Source: Patescibacteria group bacterium
GTDB taxonomy: Bacteria; Patescibacteriota; Patescibacteriia; Patescibacteriales; UBA12465
Direction: 5' to 3'
Assembly: GCA_038323715.1 (NCBI GenBank)
Contig: JBBQHF010000001.1
Location: 1-43,548 of the forward strand
Length of the DNA stretch: 43,548 bases
A program made the translations under genes and the position numbers. Below, in pieces: positions 17,131 through 27,593 of the stretch. The notes beneath the pieces are model-generated. The model saw nothing but the letters and a program-made list of their open reading frames with translations. It was not told the DNA's origin and made no database searches. Numbering within the stretch: the stretch's first letter is position 1; each line of letters starts with the position of its first letter.

Positions 17131-18366
17131 ATGACAGAAAAAAACGCACCCGATCAAAAAAATGATCAAAGAAGCTCCGCAGTCCAAGAAGACCTTTACA
17201 AAAAACTCGGCGTCGCTTCTGATAAAAGCAGCGTCAAGGCAAACTTTGAGGGAATAATTTCCAACGAGTATAGGAATGCATTTGTAAACATTGTTACTGA
17301 TCCGTTTGAACCCACTCGCGCTGTTACTATGCATGTTGATGGTGACGGGAGCAAGTTTATTCAGCGATTATTGGATTACTACGAAAATGGTGATGAAAAT
17401 GTATTTGCCGGGATGGTAGACGACGCATTGTCTATGAATCTTGGTGATATTGCCGCTGCCGGATTTGTATTCGGTCCAATGATGCTCATAGATGTTATTG
17501 ATTCAGGCTTGAGTGAAGTCATAAAACCAATTGTTTTACGTCAAGTAAAACAACGTTTTAAAGAATTGATTCATCTCTATACTCAGTATGGATTTAATAT
17601 CAAATTCATAGCTGGCGAAACTGCCGATTTACCATATCAAGTAAAATCCGCAGTGTTTAATGCCGCAGTCATGGCCTGGGCTGATAAGTCCGATATTATT
17701 AAGGGCAATGTCAATGTTGGTGACGTTATTCTTGGTTTGCACAGTGATGGGCAAGCCGCTTGGGAAGATTTTCCAAACAGTGGGATTATGTCTAATGGAC
17801 AGACTTTGCTGCGTAGCGGTGCTATGGATTCGTCGTTTAACATCTATTCTGAACTTGGCGACGGACAATTTTATAAAGGACGCTACAAACCCAGTGATTG
17901 TCCAGCAATTTTGCAGGGCATGTCGGTCGGCGAAGCAATCCTTTCGCCAACCCGCCAATGGGCCCTGGTTATTAGGGAAATTCTGGTTGAGTTAAATCGA
18001 CAGGAACTCCTTTATATGCTGCATGGTATAACTATGAACACGGGAGGAGGAGCTACAAAGATCAAAAACATCGGCAAAGGTGTAACTTATGTAAAAACTA
18101 TGCCAGCCCCTTCACCCTTATTTCGCTTCATTCAAGCGGAAACTAAACAACCATGGGAACATATGTTCACTACTTTTAATTGCGGTATCGGAATTGATAT
18201 CGTCGGCGAAGATCACATCGATTTCAAAAATGCTGTTAAAACAGCCGTTGAAAGTTGTGGGATTAAAATGAGTGAACTTGGCCATGTTCAGTTAAGTAAA
18301 CACTGGAGCGATGATACTCCGAATCAAGTTGTTCTCTACACTCCCTATGGGAGATTTGGTTACTAA
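17131..18366 (+). CDS. purM: AIR synthetase (PurM), divergent
   Basis: MHVDGDGSK, MNLGD, GETADLP, SNG.T, LSPTR, TGGG, FNCGIG. Confidence 0.85.
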   Translation: MTEKNAPDQKNDQRSSAVQEDLYKKLGVASDKSSVKANFEGIISNEYRNAFVNIVTDPFEPTRAVTMHVDGDGSKFIQRLLDYYENGDENVFAGMVDDALSMNLGDIAAAGFVFGPMMLIDVIDSGLSEVIKPIVLRQVKQRFKELIHLYTQYGFNIKFIAGETADLPYQVKSAVFNAAVMAWADKSDIIKGNVNVGDVILGLHSDGQAAWEDFPNSGIMSNGQTLLRSGAMDSSFNIYSELGDGQFYKGRYKPSDCPAILQGMSVGEAILSPTRQWALVIREILVELNRQELLYMLHGITMNTGGGATKIKNIGKGVTYVKTMPAPSPLFRFIQAETKQPWEHMFTTFNCGIGIDIVGEDHIDFKNAVKTAVESCGIKMSELGHVQLSKHWSDDTPNQVVLYTPYGRFGY

Positions 18367-18388
18367 GTATAACTTGGAAATTTTAAGT

Positions 18389-18419
18389 GAGCCCTTCATG
18401 AAAATGGGGGGCTTTTTTT
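18389..18419 (+). terminator. Intrinsic terminator
   Basis: GAGCCCTTCAT-gaaa-ATGGGGGGCTT (G-U pairs) plus T-run. Confidence 0.75.
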
Positions 18420-18492
18420 ATTTACAAATATGGGGGCAAATAAAGTTTCTATGCTATAATATAGTTATTAATAAAATTTTTTATAATTATAT

Positions 18493-19518
18493 ATGGCTCA
18501 TAAAATAAAAGTGTCTTTTTTTGAATTAGAAAAATGGGAGGAAAAATATATTTCTGAACGTTTATCTAAAGATAAAGCCTTCTCTTTGAAATTTCATAAA
18601 GTTCAAGTTAACAAGAAAGATGCTAAAAGTTTGCGTGATATAGAAGTTTTGGCGGCTTTTATTTATTCCGCTATTGATAAGGATGAGTTGGGCAAATTGC
18701 CAAATTTAAAAATGATTTCCACTATGTCTACCGGTTTTGATCATATTGATTTAAAGACTTGTGCGGCTAGAAACATTAAAGTTAGTAACGTCCCTTCTTA
18801 TGGAGAAAACACTGTAGCCGAACATACCTTGGCCTTGTTGTTGGCATTATCCAGAAAAATCATTCCATCAGTTGAACGAGCGCGTACGGGAAATTTTTCT
18901 TTGGATGGTTTGCGGGGCTTTGATTTAAAAGGGAAAACTATAGGGCTCATAGGGCTAGGGCATATTGGTTCTAAATTTGCGGCTTTGGTTTCTAGTTTGG
19001 GAATGAATATTTTAGTGCATGATTTGAAGCCCAATAGGGACCTAGCTAAAGAACTAAAATTAAAATATGTAACCTTGGATTATTTATTGGCCCACTCGGA
19101 TGTGATTAGTCTACATGTTCCTTATCTGAAATCAACCCATCATCTGATTAATAATAAAAATATTAAGTTAATTAAGCGCGGTGCTTATTTATTGAACACT
19201 TCTCGTGGCGGACTGGTAGAATCCGCGGCTTTGCTCAAGGCTCTCGATAAGGGTATTTTAGCTGGAGTAGGGCTTGATGTTCTTGAAGAGGAGGGCTTTA
19301 TTAAGGAGGAGAAAGAATTATTATCCAAGGCCTACAATAGTAAGGTTGATTTAACCACCGTTTTACGTAATCATTTATTGTTACAGAATCCTAAAGTTAT
19401 TATTACGCCACATAATGCGTTTAATTCTCAGGAAGCACTGACGAGAATTTTAGATACTACGATTGAGAATATCTTAGCGTATAAAAAAAATAAACCGATT
19501 AATTTAGTGTCCGCATAA
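18493..19518 (+). CDS. D-isomer-specific 2-hydroxyacid dehydrogenase (D-lactate dehydrogenase-like)
   Basis: STGFDHID, VAEHT, GLGHIG, NTSRGGLV, LDVLEEE, TPHNAF. Confidence 0.92.
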   Translation: MAHKIKVSFFELEKWEEKYISERLSKDKAFSLKFHKVQVNKKDAKSLRDIEVLAAFIYSAIDKDELGKLPNLKMISTMSTGFDHIDLKTCAARNIKVSNVPSYGENTVAEHTLALLLALSRKIIPSVERARTGNFSLDGLRGFDLKGKTIGLIGLGHIGSKFAALVSSLGMNILVHDLKPNRDLAKELKLKYVTLDYLLAHSDVISLHVPYLKSTHHLINNKNIKLIKRGAYLLNTSRGGLVESAALLKALDKGILAGVGLDVLEEEGFIKEEKELLSKAYNSKVDLTTVLRNHLLLQNPKVIITPHNAFNSQEALTRILDTTIENILAYKKNKPINLVSA

Positions 19519-19610
19519 TCTCTAAATGTTGTTTTTCTCTCTAATATTGAAAAATTATCAGGTTTGTATTAATATAGGGTTGTTAGTCTAAATAGATAAG
19601 TAGTAAAAAT

Positions 19611-21005
19611 ATGGGTTATATAGACATTAAATCTCTACACCGTGATTCTAAGGCATACTTTAACCGAGAAATTAAGGTTGGTGCTTGGGTTAGGACGCTT
19701 AGAAGCTCTAAGGAGTTTGGCTTTATTGAGGTTAATGATGGTAGTTTTTTTAAAGGCATCCAGGTAGTGTTTGATAGTAATATTAGCAATTTTTCCGAAA
19801 TAGAAAAAGTAACTGTCGGCTCATCCTTAGAAGTTGAGGGGATGCTAGTTGAATCACCGGCCGCCGGTCAAGCATTTGAGATTAAGGCGAGTAAAATTAC
19901 GGTAATTGGTTTAGCGGAAGCGGATTTTCCTCTACAAAAGAAAAAACATAGTTTTGAATTTTTAAGAGAAATTGCTCATTTACGCGGACGCAGTAATACT
20001 TTTTCGGCGGTTTTTAGATTACGCTCAGTTTTAAGTTTCGCAATTCATAAATTTTTTCAAGAAGAAGGCTTTTCTTATATCCATACCCCAATTATTTCTG
20101 GTAGCGACTGCGAAGGTGCTGGCGAGATGTTTAATGTTACAACTTTTGATTTAGAAAAAGGGGCTCCTAAATTACCATCAGGTGAATTAGATTATTCTCA
20201 GGATTTTTTTGGCAAGAAGGTTGGCTTAACAGTCAGTGGTCAATTAGAAGCCGAAGCTTTAGTTATGGGCTTAAACAGGGTTTATACTTTTGGTCCAACT
20301 TTTAGAGCAGAAAATTCTAATACGACCAGACATGCTTCTGAATTCTGGATGATGGAGCCGGAGATGGCTTTTGCTGAATTAAAAGACGATATGGATTTAG
20401 CGGAAAAAATGATTAAATATTTAATTTCTTATATCTTAAAAGAGTTGCCAGAAGAAATGGAATTTTTTAACAAGTTTATTGATACGGGATTATTAGAAAG
20501 ATTAAACAATATTTTAAATGCTGAATTTGTTCGCTTGCCATATACCGAGGCGATTGATTTATTAATTAAGAGCGGCGAAAAATTTAATTATCCGGTTTCC
20601 TGGGGAATTGATTTGCAAACTGAGCATGAAAGATATATTACCGAGAAAATTTTTGGTAAGCCAGTTTTTTTAACGGATTATCCTAAAGAAATCAAAGCTT
20701 TCTATATGCGCCAGAACGATGACGGAAAAACTGTCGCTGCGATGGATTTGCTTGTGCCTGGGATTGGAGAGATTATTGGCGGCAGTCAAAGAGAAGAGCG
20801 CTATGAAGTTTTAAAAAATAGAATTGGAGAATTAGGAATGGATGTTAAAGATTATGATTGGTATTTAGATACTCGTCGTTATGGCGGAGTTAAACATGCT
20901 GGTTTTGGTTTGGGATTTGAAAGAGCAATTATGTATTTTTCCGGCATGGCTAATATCCGCGATGTTATTCCTTTTCCGCGCACTCCCAAGAATGCTGAGT
21001 TTTAA
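19611..21005 (+). CDS. asnS: Asparagine--tRNA ligase
   Basis: OB-fold N-terminus, [46 protein letters not shown]. Confidence 0.97.
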   Translation: MGYIDIKSLHRDSKAYFNREIKVGAWVRTLRSSKEFGFIEVNDGSFFKGIQVVFDSNISNFSEIEKVTVGSSLEVEGMLVESPAAGQAFEIKASKITVIGLAEADFPLQKKKHSFEFLREIAHLRGRSNTFSAVFRLRSVLSFAIHKFFQEEGFSYIHTPIISGSDCEGAGEMFNVTTFDLEKGAPKLPSGELDYSQDFFGKKVGLTVSGQLEAEALVMGLNRVYTFGPTFRAENSNTTRHASEFWMMEPEMAFAELKDDMDLAEKMIKYLISYILKELPEEMEFFNKFIDTGLLERLNNILNAEFVRLPYTEAIDLLIKSGEKFNYPVSWGIDLQTEHERYITEKIFGKPVFLTDYPKEIKAFYMRQNDDGKTVAAMDLLVPGIGEIIGGSQREERYEVLKNRIGELGMDVKDYDWYLDTRRYGGVKHAGFGLGFERAIMYFSGMANIRDVIPFPRTPKNAEF

Positions 21006-21057
21006 TTTTGTGTATAGTAAATTATATTGTTGAACATTTAAAATAGGAGGATGAGTC

Positions 21058-21375
21058 ATGAGTAAAACATCACGTGTTTATTGGTTTGTAGAGCCGGAAG
21101 ATTCTCATACCAACAAGGTAATTGCCAGCCAATTATTGGCTATTAGTCAATTTGAGGAAAGCGTTGCCATGGAAGATTCTGAAGGCAAAGAACATTCCGT
21201 TTATCAAATTGAGACGCATTTTTTTGCCACTCGTCTCTATGCCGATAGAATAAACCTTAATTTAAAATTTAAAGTTTACTATCGTGCTGGAATGAATGGT
21301 AAATTGTATCCCTGGAAATACGGAGGCCAGCAGTCGCAAACAAAACCGGTGGTTAAAAAAAATCTTAAGAAGTAG
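21058..21375 (+). CDS. Hypothetical protein
   Basis: 105-aa ORF with AGGAGG SD at 21045-21050 and its own terminator. Confidence 0.75.
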   Translation: MSKTSRVYWFVEPEDSHTNKVIASQLLAISQFEESVAMEDSEGKEHSVYQIETHFFATRLYADRINLNLKFKVYYRAGMNGKLYPWKYGGQQSQTKPVVKKNLKK

Positions 21376-21379
21376 ATTT

Positions 21380-21407
21380 AAGGAGGCTAGAAATTAAGCC
21401 TCCTTTT
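21380..21407 (+). terminator. Intrinsic terminator
   Basis: AAGGAGGCT...AGCCTCCTT plus Ts. Confidence 0.8.
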
Positions 21408-21443
21408 GTTATTTTTAGATTTTTTTGTTAATATTTAATTAAT

Positions 21444-22208
21444 ATGTTAAATAATCTTCAGAAAAAACGTTTACTGTTCTTGGTGGCCTATGTCATTATA
21501 GCCTGCGCCCTGGTTTATTTTTGGCGCCCAGTCTATCTTGTCTCAGTCGTAATTGTTTTGATGCCCCCGGCTGTTATTAATTTTTTATGGCTTAAGAAAT
21601 CTCGTTTTAAAATACTATTATTTTCTGTGTTGACAACACTGTTGTTTGCGCCGCCAGTAGAAATGGCCGCTCGTTTGGCAAGCGCTTGGGATGTTCAATC
21701 AATTTTGCCACGTTTGTTTGGAATAGCGCCGTTAGAAAATATTTTATTTGCTTTTCTAAACTTCTTCTGGGTGCTTTCATTTTATGAATATTTTGTTGAT
21801 AAAGATAGGACAAGACAAGTTTCTTCTCGTATACGCTTCATAGTATTAGCTTATTGTCTATTGTCGCTTTTAACGTTTTCCTTATTTTTTATTAATCCGG
21901 GGCTGATAACGATTAACTATTCGCTATTGGCCATAATTATTTTAATAGTTCCGGGGGCTGTTATTTTTTATTTAAATCCTAAGTTATTGAAGAAAGTGTG
22001 GCTGACGACTGTATTTTTTGCTTTTGTTTTTTTTATCTATGAGGCGGTTTCCTTGATAATAGGTTCTTGGTGGTGGCCCGGAGATTATCTTTTGCCAATA
22101 AAATTAGCTGGCAAAATATTTCCGCTCGATGATGTCATAATTTGGTATTTTTTGTCTACCCCAGTTTTAATTGGCGGATATGAATTTTTTATAGATAATA
22201 ATAAATAA
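21444..22208 (+). CDS. Membrane protein with tandem lycopene-cyclase-like (CrtYc/Yd-type) domains
   Basis: Two repeats of E...W...G..P-L-[ED]-[ND] ('GIAPLENILF', 'IFPLDDVIIWYF'). Confidence 0.6.
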   Translation: MLNNLQKKRLLFLVAYVIIACALVYFWRPVYLVSVVIVLMPPAVINFLWLKKSRFKILLFSVLTTLLFAPPVEMAARLASAWDVQSILPRLFGIAPLENILFAFLNFFWVLSFYEYFVDKDRTRQVSSRIRFIVLAYCLLSLLTFSLFFINPGLITINYSLLAIIILIVPGAVIFYLNPKLLKKVWLTTVFFAFVFFIYEAVSLIIGSWWWPGDYLLPIKLAGKIFPLDDVIIWYFLSTPVLIGGYEFFIDNNK

Positions 22209-22212
22209 AAAT

Positions 22213-23091
22213 ATGGAAGCAAAATTTATTAAAATTGAAACACCAAAGCATTTAGTCCTCAATGGTTTTATATTTGGTCCGAAAAAGAATAAAATTATTT
22301 TTATTTTTTTACATGGATTGAGCGGCAGTTTATTTTCTCGCATAACGTTAATGGAAAAAATGACTTCTTCTGGAGCAACCGTTATGACTTTTAATAATCG
22401 GGGGCATGGTTTAATTAATCAGTTTAGAAAAATTAATCCTCATAAACCAGAAGAGTATAATTCAGTGGCAATCGGAAAGGCGCATGAAGTTTTTGAGGAA
22501 TGTGTTGACGATATAGACGGAGCAATTAATTTAGCCAGAAAGGAAGGTTATAAAAAAATAGTTTTAGTCGGACATTCTACTGGTTGTAATAAAATTTCTT
22601 ATTATTTATCAAAAAAATCCCCTGATGATATTATTGGCGGTATATTGTTAGCGCCAATGAGTGATTATGCTGATTTTATAAAATTTACTGATGGCAAGAT
22701 TGCAAAAACAATTACTGAAGAGGCTAAAAAATTAGTAGTAGCCGGAAAACACCATGAATTATTATCAGATCAAATATATCCTTATTACGCTGACGCTCAA
22801 AGATTTTTAAGTTTGTACACGCCAAACAGTAACGAGGAAATTTTTAGTTATGCTGTGCCTGCAAAAAAACCAACTATACTTTTGAAAATAAAAAAACCAC
22901 TGTTAGTGGTTTTGGCTGGGAATGATCAATTCTCCGATAGGCCGATGACAGAGATTTTTAATTGGTTTAAAGAAACTTTAAATAATAAAATAGCCCAAGT
23001 TATAATGATAAAAAAATCGCTTCATGGTTTTGCGGGTTATGAAACGAAATTAAAAAATGAGATATTTAATTGGACTAAAAATTTAAAATAA
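22213..23091 (+). CDS. Alpha/beta hydrolase (DUF1749-like)
   Basis: FLHGL oxyanion region, GHSTG nucleophile elbow, D in GNDQ, H in LHGF. Confidence 0.87.
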   Translation: MEAKFIKIETPKHLVLNGFIFGPKKNKIIFIFLHGLSGSLFSRITLMEKMTSSGATVMTFNNRGHGLINQFRKINPHKPEEYNSVAIGKAHEVFEECVDDIDGAINLARKEGYKKIVLVGHSTGCNKISYYLSKKSPDDIIGGILLAPMSDYADFIKFTDGKIAKTITEEAKKLVVAGKHHELLSDQIYPYYADAQRFLSLYTPNSNEEIFSYAVPAKKPTILLKIKKPLLVVLAGNDQFSDRPMTEIFNWFKETLNNKIAQVIMIKKSLHGFAGYETKLKNEIFNWTKNLK

Positions 23092-23093
23092 AT

Positions 23094-23594
23094 TTATTCT
23101 ATTTTAATAATTTTATAATAAACCTCCTTATCAGTGAGGTTTATTTTTATTACGTCTCCTTGGCGACGATACATAAGAGCTGACCCTAGCGGAGAGGAGT
23201 GTGAAATTGTCCCGGTGGTTGGGTTGGTTTCGGTGGAGCCTAAAATTTGGTAAGTTTTAGTTTTTCCGTCTTTTTCAATCGTGACCCAGTTGCCCAGCTG
23301 GACCGTCTCACTGTTTTTAATTGGATTAATAATTTCGGCCTTAGATAATAAATCTTCCATTTCTAAAATTCTTTGGTTTAAGCCCCGCAATCTTCCTTTA
23401 GCGATTTGATACCCGGTATTTTCCGAAAAATCCCCCATTAAAGCTAGGCGTTTGACCTCTTCTGCTTCTCTTGGCCTTTTAACGCGTTTCATAAAATCAA
23501 GCTTTTTTTCAAGCTCTTCATATTTTTCTTTAGTCATTGATGGGTCTACTTTAGTAAAAAGACGAGCGTCGCCTTTTCTAATCGGAACACGCAT
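23094..23594 (-). CDS. greA: GreA/GreB family transcription elongation factor
   Basis: GDFSEN acidic tip, ISHSSPLGSALM. Confidence 0.9.
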   Translation of the reverse strand: MRVPIRKGDARLFTKVDPSMTKEKYEELEKKLDFMKRVKRPREAEEVKRLALMGDFSENTGYQIAKGRLRGLNQRILEMEDLLSKAEIINPIKNSETVQLGNWVTIEKDGKTKTYQILGSTETNPTTGTISHSSPLGSALMYRRQGDVIKINLTDKEVYYKIIKIE

Positions 23595-23644
23595 AAAATT
23601 ATTATTATTTTAATATCATAAGACAAACCTGGTCTTTGCGCAAG

Positions 23645-23676
23645 TAAAATTCAAGCCCGATTTTTGGTCGGGCTTG
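23645..23676 (-). terminator. Probable terminator of the 23691..24719 gene
   Basis: CAAGCCCGA...TCGGGCTTG inverted repeat. Confidence 0.6.
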
Positions 23677-23690
23677 TTAATGTGTTTTTC

Positions 23691-24719
23691 TTATTCTTTA
23701 AAGTTTATTACCTCCTGCTCTAAGAAAGGGAAGAGTGAAGGAATATCACCTAGGATTGCCTTACACCTTTCCAGTAGTTCAAAAATTGGGATTTTACTTG
23801 AAGTAAATAATACCCCAGGGCCATCATCAATGTTATAATTTATGATAAATAACCAGGGAAACATTTCTCCCCCATATTCTAGTAACTCACTTAAATCTAG
23901 ACTAGGATTTATGTTTTTTAGTTCTAGATATCCTATTGGTCTGCCAATATTTTTAGCGGCGGTAAAAAATTTGTGATTATCAGTGGCTAATTTTTTTATT
24001 TTTGGCATTTGTTTGTTAGCCTTTAAAAAATCAGCAACCAACTCATCAAGATAAGCATTTCTTTCTCCAGTAAAAATTTCGTTAACCACTGAAGTGAAAG
24101 CGTCAAAATAATTTTTAATACCAGTGCTAGAGTTATTGTCAGTGATGCAGGCGGCTGATAAAGCGGCTATATAACGAGCAGCTAAATCGGTTTTTACGGT
24201 TCCATCTCGGAGTTCATCAGATAGTTGAAACAATTCTTCTGAGATTTTGAAACCATATTCTTTTAACATTTGCAAAACACTTTTGTTTTCATCAAACAGA
24301 AACTTACAGGTTTCGTCACTTTTTAAATAACGTAGGACGTGTGGGTCCCAATCATTATAAACGTCTACCCATAATTTTATTTTTCCCTGATGTTTTTCAA
24401 AAAAATTTATTAAATATTCGCTTTCCTCTTTATTTAGAGGATGAATGTTTAATAAAATTATTTTATCATCAGCTGACAAGTCGTCGTAAATTTGATTGTC
24501 GGGAATGAGATTTTCTTGGGCCTCTATTTCGAGAACTTCATTATTTATTTTTTCTGCTTCAAGAAAAACTTCTTTTTTCATCTCGTCTTCATACTGGACC
24601 ATTTGCCAGGGGTCGCTAGCAATTAATAAAATTAGGTGTTTTTGGCGATAAGATTTCATGATAGCGGCTACTGATAGCGCTAATTCTGGACAACTTGGGT
24701 TAAAATAAATTTTAATCAT
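23691..24719 (-). CDS. Hypothetical protein (possible degenerate DHH-fold protein)
   Basis: 342-aa acidic ORF with its own promoter and terminator. Confidence 0.7.
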   Translation of the reverse strand: MIKIYFNPSCPELALSVAAIMKSYRQKHLILLIASDPWQMVQYEDEMKKEVFLEAEKINNEVLEIEAQENLIPDNQIYDDLSADDKIILLNIHPLNKEESEYLINFFEKHQGKIKLWVDVYNDWDPHVLRYLKSDETCKFLFDENKSVLQMLKEYGFKISEELFQLSDELRDGTVKTDLAARYIAALSAACITDNNSSTGIKNYFDAFTSVVNEIFTGERNAYLDELVADFLKANKQMPKIKKLATDNHKFFTAAKNIGRPIGYLELKNINPSLDLSELLEYGGEMFPWLFIINYNIDDGPGVLFTSSKIPIFELLERCKAILGDIPSLFPFLEQEVINFKE

Positions 24720-24787
24720 GATTTATGGTTTTAGATTGTTAATGTTCTGGTTCTTATTAAGCCTTTATCTTTTTAAAGCTTCCAAAT

Positions 24788-24816
24788 AAATTATCATTTT
24801 TTCTAAATAAAGTCAA
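24788..24816 (-). promoter_or_regulatory. Probable sigma70 promoter (minus strand)
   Basis: TTGACT-17 nt ending TGa-TAATTT on the minus strand. Confidence 0.5.
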
Positions 24817-24905
24817 TTTAATTGGCTAAAAAACAATGTTGGTATTTTAAATTTTATGCTATAATGCGAGTATATATAATTCCAAATTAGGAAAATTAAT
24901 CTTTT

Positions 24906-26831
24906 ATGACACCAAAAAGAAAAAAAATTATAATAGTAGTCGTTATATTAATAGCGATAGTTGTGGTTTGGCTGGTTATTAAGGGAAAAAAACCAAAAGA
25001 ACAGTATTCAACCGCTGATGTTGTATCGGGTTCTTTGATTCAAACTGTTAATGAAACCGGAACCGTTAAGCCAATCCAGGAATTATCTCTAGGCTTTATG
25101 AGCTCTGGCAAGATAAGCTCTATAGATGTGAAAGTTGGTGATGAGGTTGTCGCCGGCGCTTCTTTAATATCTTTGGATAAAGAAGCTTTAGAGCTAAAAA
25201 AGAAAGAGGCAGAAGCTGGGCTGATGATTGCGAACGCAACATTATCTAAAATAAGAGCTGGGGCAAGTTACGAAACCGTAGCGGTTAGTCGTTCTCAAAT
25301 GGACCAGGCCTTAGCGAGCGAAGTATCCGCCAGTACAGACTTGGAAAAAGTTAAACAAACTACTGCCGAAAATGTTTTGCAGGCCGAAAAAACTTTAGCT
25401 GATTTGGAATCAAGTGATAGTAGTACTCAAACATCTCAAGAGCAGGCTGTATATTCTGCTCAGACCGCCTTAGATAATGCTAAAAAATCTGGTCAAAAAA
25501 GCATAGATAATAGTCGTGATTCTTTGTTGCTTATTTTGAGTGATAAAATTTTGGCAGGGAAGATTGCCCTTGATAATTTAAACACTATTTTAGAAGATGA
25601 TAATGCTAAAAATGTGTTGGGCGTAAAAAATAGTTCACTGCTTCCAAGCACCAAGGAAAGTCGTCTAAACGCTCTAGATTTAATTGCTGGCGCCGAAGCC
25701 GATGTTGCAACTGCTAAAAAAACACAATCAACTTTTGATATTGATAAAGCGGGGCAATCAGTAGGAACATTTTTATTAAAGACTGGTCAGTCTTTAAATT
25801 ACGCTTATGCTTTATTAGAGGCGACGATAACCTCATCTTCATTCTCGCAGACTAAATTAGACTCTTATAAAACTTTAGTAAGTTCTCAAAATACTCAAAT
25901 CAGTGCGGCTGCTTCTACCGTAGAAAATTATTTACAAGCATTTAATAACGCCCAATTGAGTTATGGGACGACGGTTGCTACCGCTGAAGAAACTTTACGC
26001 CAAGCAAAAGTGAATCTAGATAGCGCCATAACAACCGCTAGAAATAATTTAAGAAATATTCGCTTAGCCGCTGATCAACAAATCTCTTCCGCTAAATCAA
26101 GGCTGGATAGTGCCAAGAAATCTGTTGACTTGGCCAGGGCACAATTAAATAATATTTCCGCGCCTGCTAGATCTCAAGATGTAACTCTTGCCGAGGCCCA
26201 AGTAAGCCAAGCTAATTCCAGTTTAGAAAATATTGAAAAACAAATTACCGATAGCGTTTTAACCGCCCCATTGAATGGGGTTATCACTCAAATAGCTTAT
26301 GAGGTGGGTGAGCAATTTTCTCCTGCTCAGCCGGCAATTAAAATGTTGGCCGATGGTGATTTTGAAATAGAGGTTGATATCTCAGAATCGGATATTAATA
26401 AAATAAAAGTTGGCGATGAAACGGAGATAACTTTAGATGCTTTTTCTAGTGATACCTCTTTCCCTGGAATGGTTAGTTTTATAGAACCAGCGCAAACTTT
26501 AATCCAGGATGTGGTGTATTATAAAGTTAAAGTTGCTTTTTCTGATTTGGATAAAATAAAAACTGATTTGGCGACACGTGGTCTTTCTTTCAAATCAGGC
26601 ATGACGGCCGATATTGTGATTACAACTGATAAACGGGATAACGTTTTGCAGGTTCCAGCCAGAGCTATTATTGAAAAAGATGGCAATAAAATTGTTCGTT
26701 TAGACACGGCCGCGGGAGTTAAAGAAGTAATAGTGGAGACTGGATTACGTGGCAATGATGGCTTAACGGAGATTACGAGCGGGCTTACAGCTGGAGAGAA
26801 GGTTATTACCTTTATTAATACCACTCCTTAA
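24906..26831 (+). CDS. Efflux adaptor (membrane fusion protein, MacA/YknX-like) with a very long helical region
   Basis: N-terminal TM anchor, split lipoyl halves (SGKI..VKVGDEV / LTAPLNGVI), ISESDINKIKVG, VLQVP, GL..GEKV. Confidence 0.9.
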   Translation: MTPKRKKIIIVVVILIAIVVVWLVIKGKKPKEQYSTADVVSGSLIQTVNETGTVKPIQELSLGFMSSGKISSIDVKVGDEVVAGASLISLDKEALELKKKEAEAGLMIANATLSKIRAGASYETVAVSRSQMDQALASEVSASTDLEKVKQTTAENVLQAEKTLADLESSDSSTQTSQEQAVYSAQTALDNAKKSGQKSIDNSRDSLLLILSDKILAGKIALDNLNTILEDDNAKNVLGVKNSSLLPSTKESRLNALDLIAGAEADVATAKKTQSTFDIDKAGQSVGTFLLKTGQSLNYAYALLEATITSSSFSQTKLDSYKTLVSSQNTQISAAASTVENYLQAFNNAQLSYGTTVATAEETLRQAKVNLDSAITTARNNLRNIRLAADQQISSAKSRLDSAKKSVDLARAQLNNISAPARSQDVTLAEAQVSQANSSLENIEKQITDSVLTAPLNGVITQIAYEVGEQFSPAQPAIKMLADGDFEIEVDISESDINKIKVGDETEITLDAFSSDTSFPGMVSFIEPAQTLIQDVVYYKVKVAFSDLDKIKTDLATRGLSFKSGMTADIVITTDKRDNVLQVPARAIIEKDGNKIVRLDTAAGVKEVIVETGLRGNDGLTEITSGLTAGEKVITFINTTP

Positions 26832-26867
26832 AAATAAACTTTTCCGAATAAAATAAATTATTAATTT

Positions 26868-27590
26868 ATGGCAGAGATATTAGTGGAAGTAAAAAAATTA
26901 AATAAAGAATATATTAGCGGTGATTTAAAGACCGTCGTCTTAAAAAATATTGATTTTTCTTTAAAAAGAGGAGAATTTGTGTCTATTATGGGTCCATCTG
27001 GATCGGGTAAATCAACTCTGATGCATATTCTGGGAATGCTTGACCGGCTTTCATCCGGTCATTATTTTTTTGCTGGTAAGGACGTCTCTTCTTTTAGTGA
27101 TGAAGAATTGGCCCATTTAAGAAATGAGCAGATTGGTTTTGTTTTTCAGGCTTTCAATTTATTAGCCAGAACTTCTGTGCTTGATAATGTTAAATTACCT
27201 TTGATTTATTCGGATAACAAAAAGAATATGGATGAGCGGGCCAAAAAAGTTTTAGAAAGTGTTGGTCTTGGGCATCGCTTGGGTTATTTTATTAATCAGA
27301 TATCTGGTGGAGAAAAACAAAGAGTGGCCATTGCACGTGCTTTAGTTAACAATCCTTCCGTTATTTTCGCCGATGAGCCAACCGGAAATCTAGATTCTAA
27401 GTCTGGTGATCAAGTCATGAATATCTTACAGCAATTACATAAACAAGGCAGTACTATTATTTTGGTCACTCATGAAATATTTACGGCCGAGCATGCCGAA
27501 AGAATTATTAAATTACATGATGGGGAACTTATTTCTGATGAAAAAGTGAAAAATAGGCGTTTTGCCGGAAGTGGAAATTTGCTCAAATAG
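26868..27590 (+). CDS. ABC transporter ATP-binding protein (MacB/LolD family)
   Basis: [33 protein letters not shown]. Confidence 0.95.
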   Translation: MAEILVEVKKLNKEYISGDLKTVVLKNIDFSLKRGEFVSIMGPSGSGKSTLMHILGMLDRLSSGHYFFAGKDVSSFSDEELAHLRNEQIGFVFQAFNLLARTSVLDNVKLPLIYSDNKKNMDERAKKVLESVGLGHRLGYFINQISGGEKQRVAIARALVNNPSVIFADEPTGNLDSKSGDQVMNILQQLHKQGSTIILVTHEIFTAEHAERIIKLHDGELISDEKVKNRRFAGSGNLLK

Positions 27591-27593
27591 TTT

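Noticed and set aside
19519-19610. T-box leader for asnS
   Set aside because: Only about 90 nt, AT-rich, with no T-box consensus or terminator
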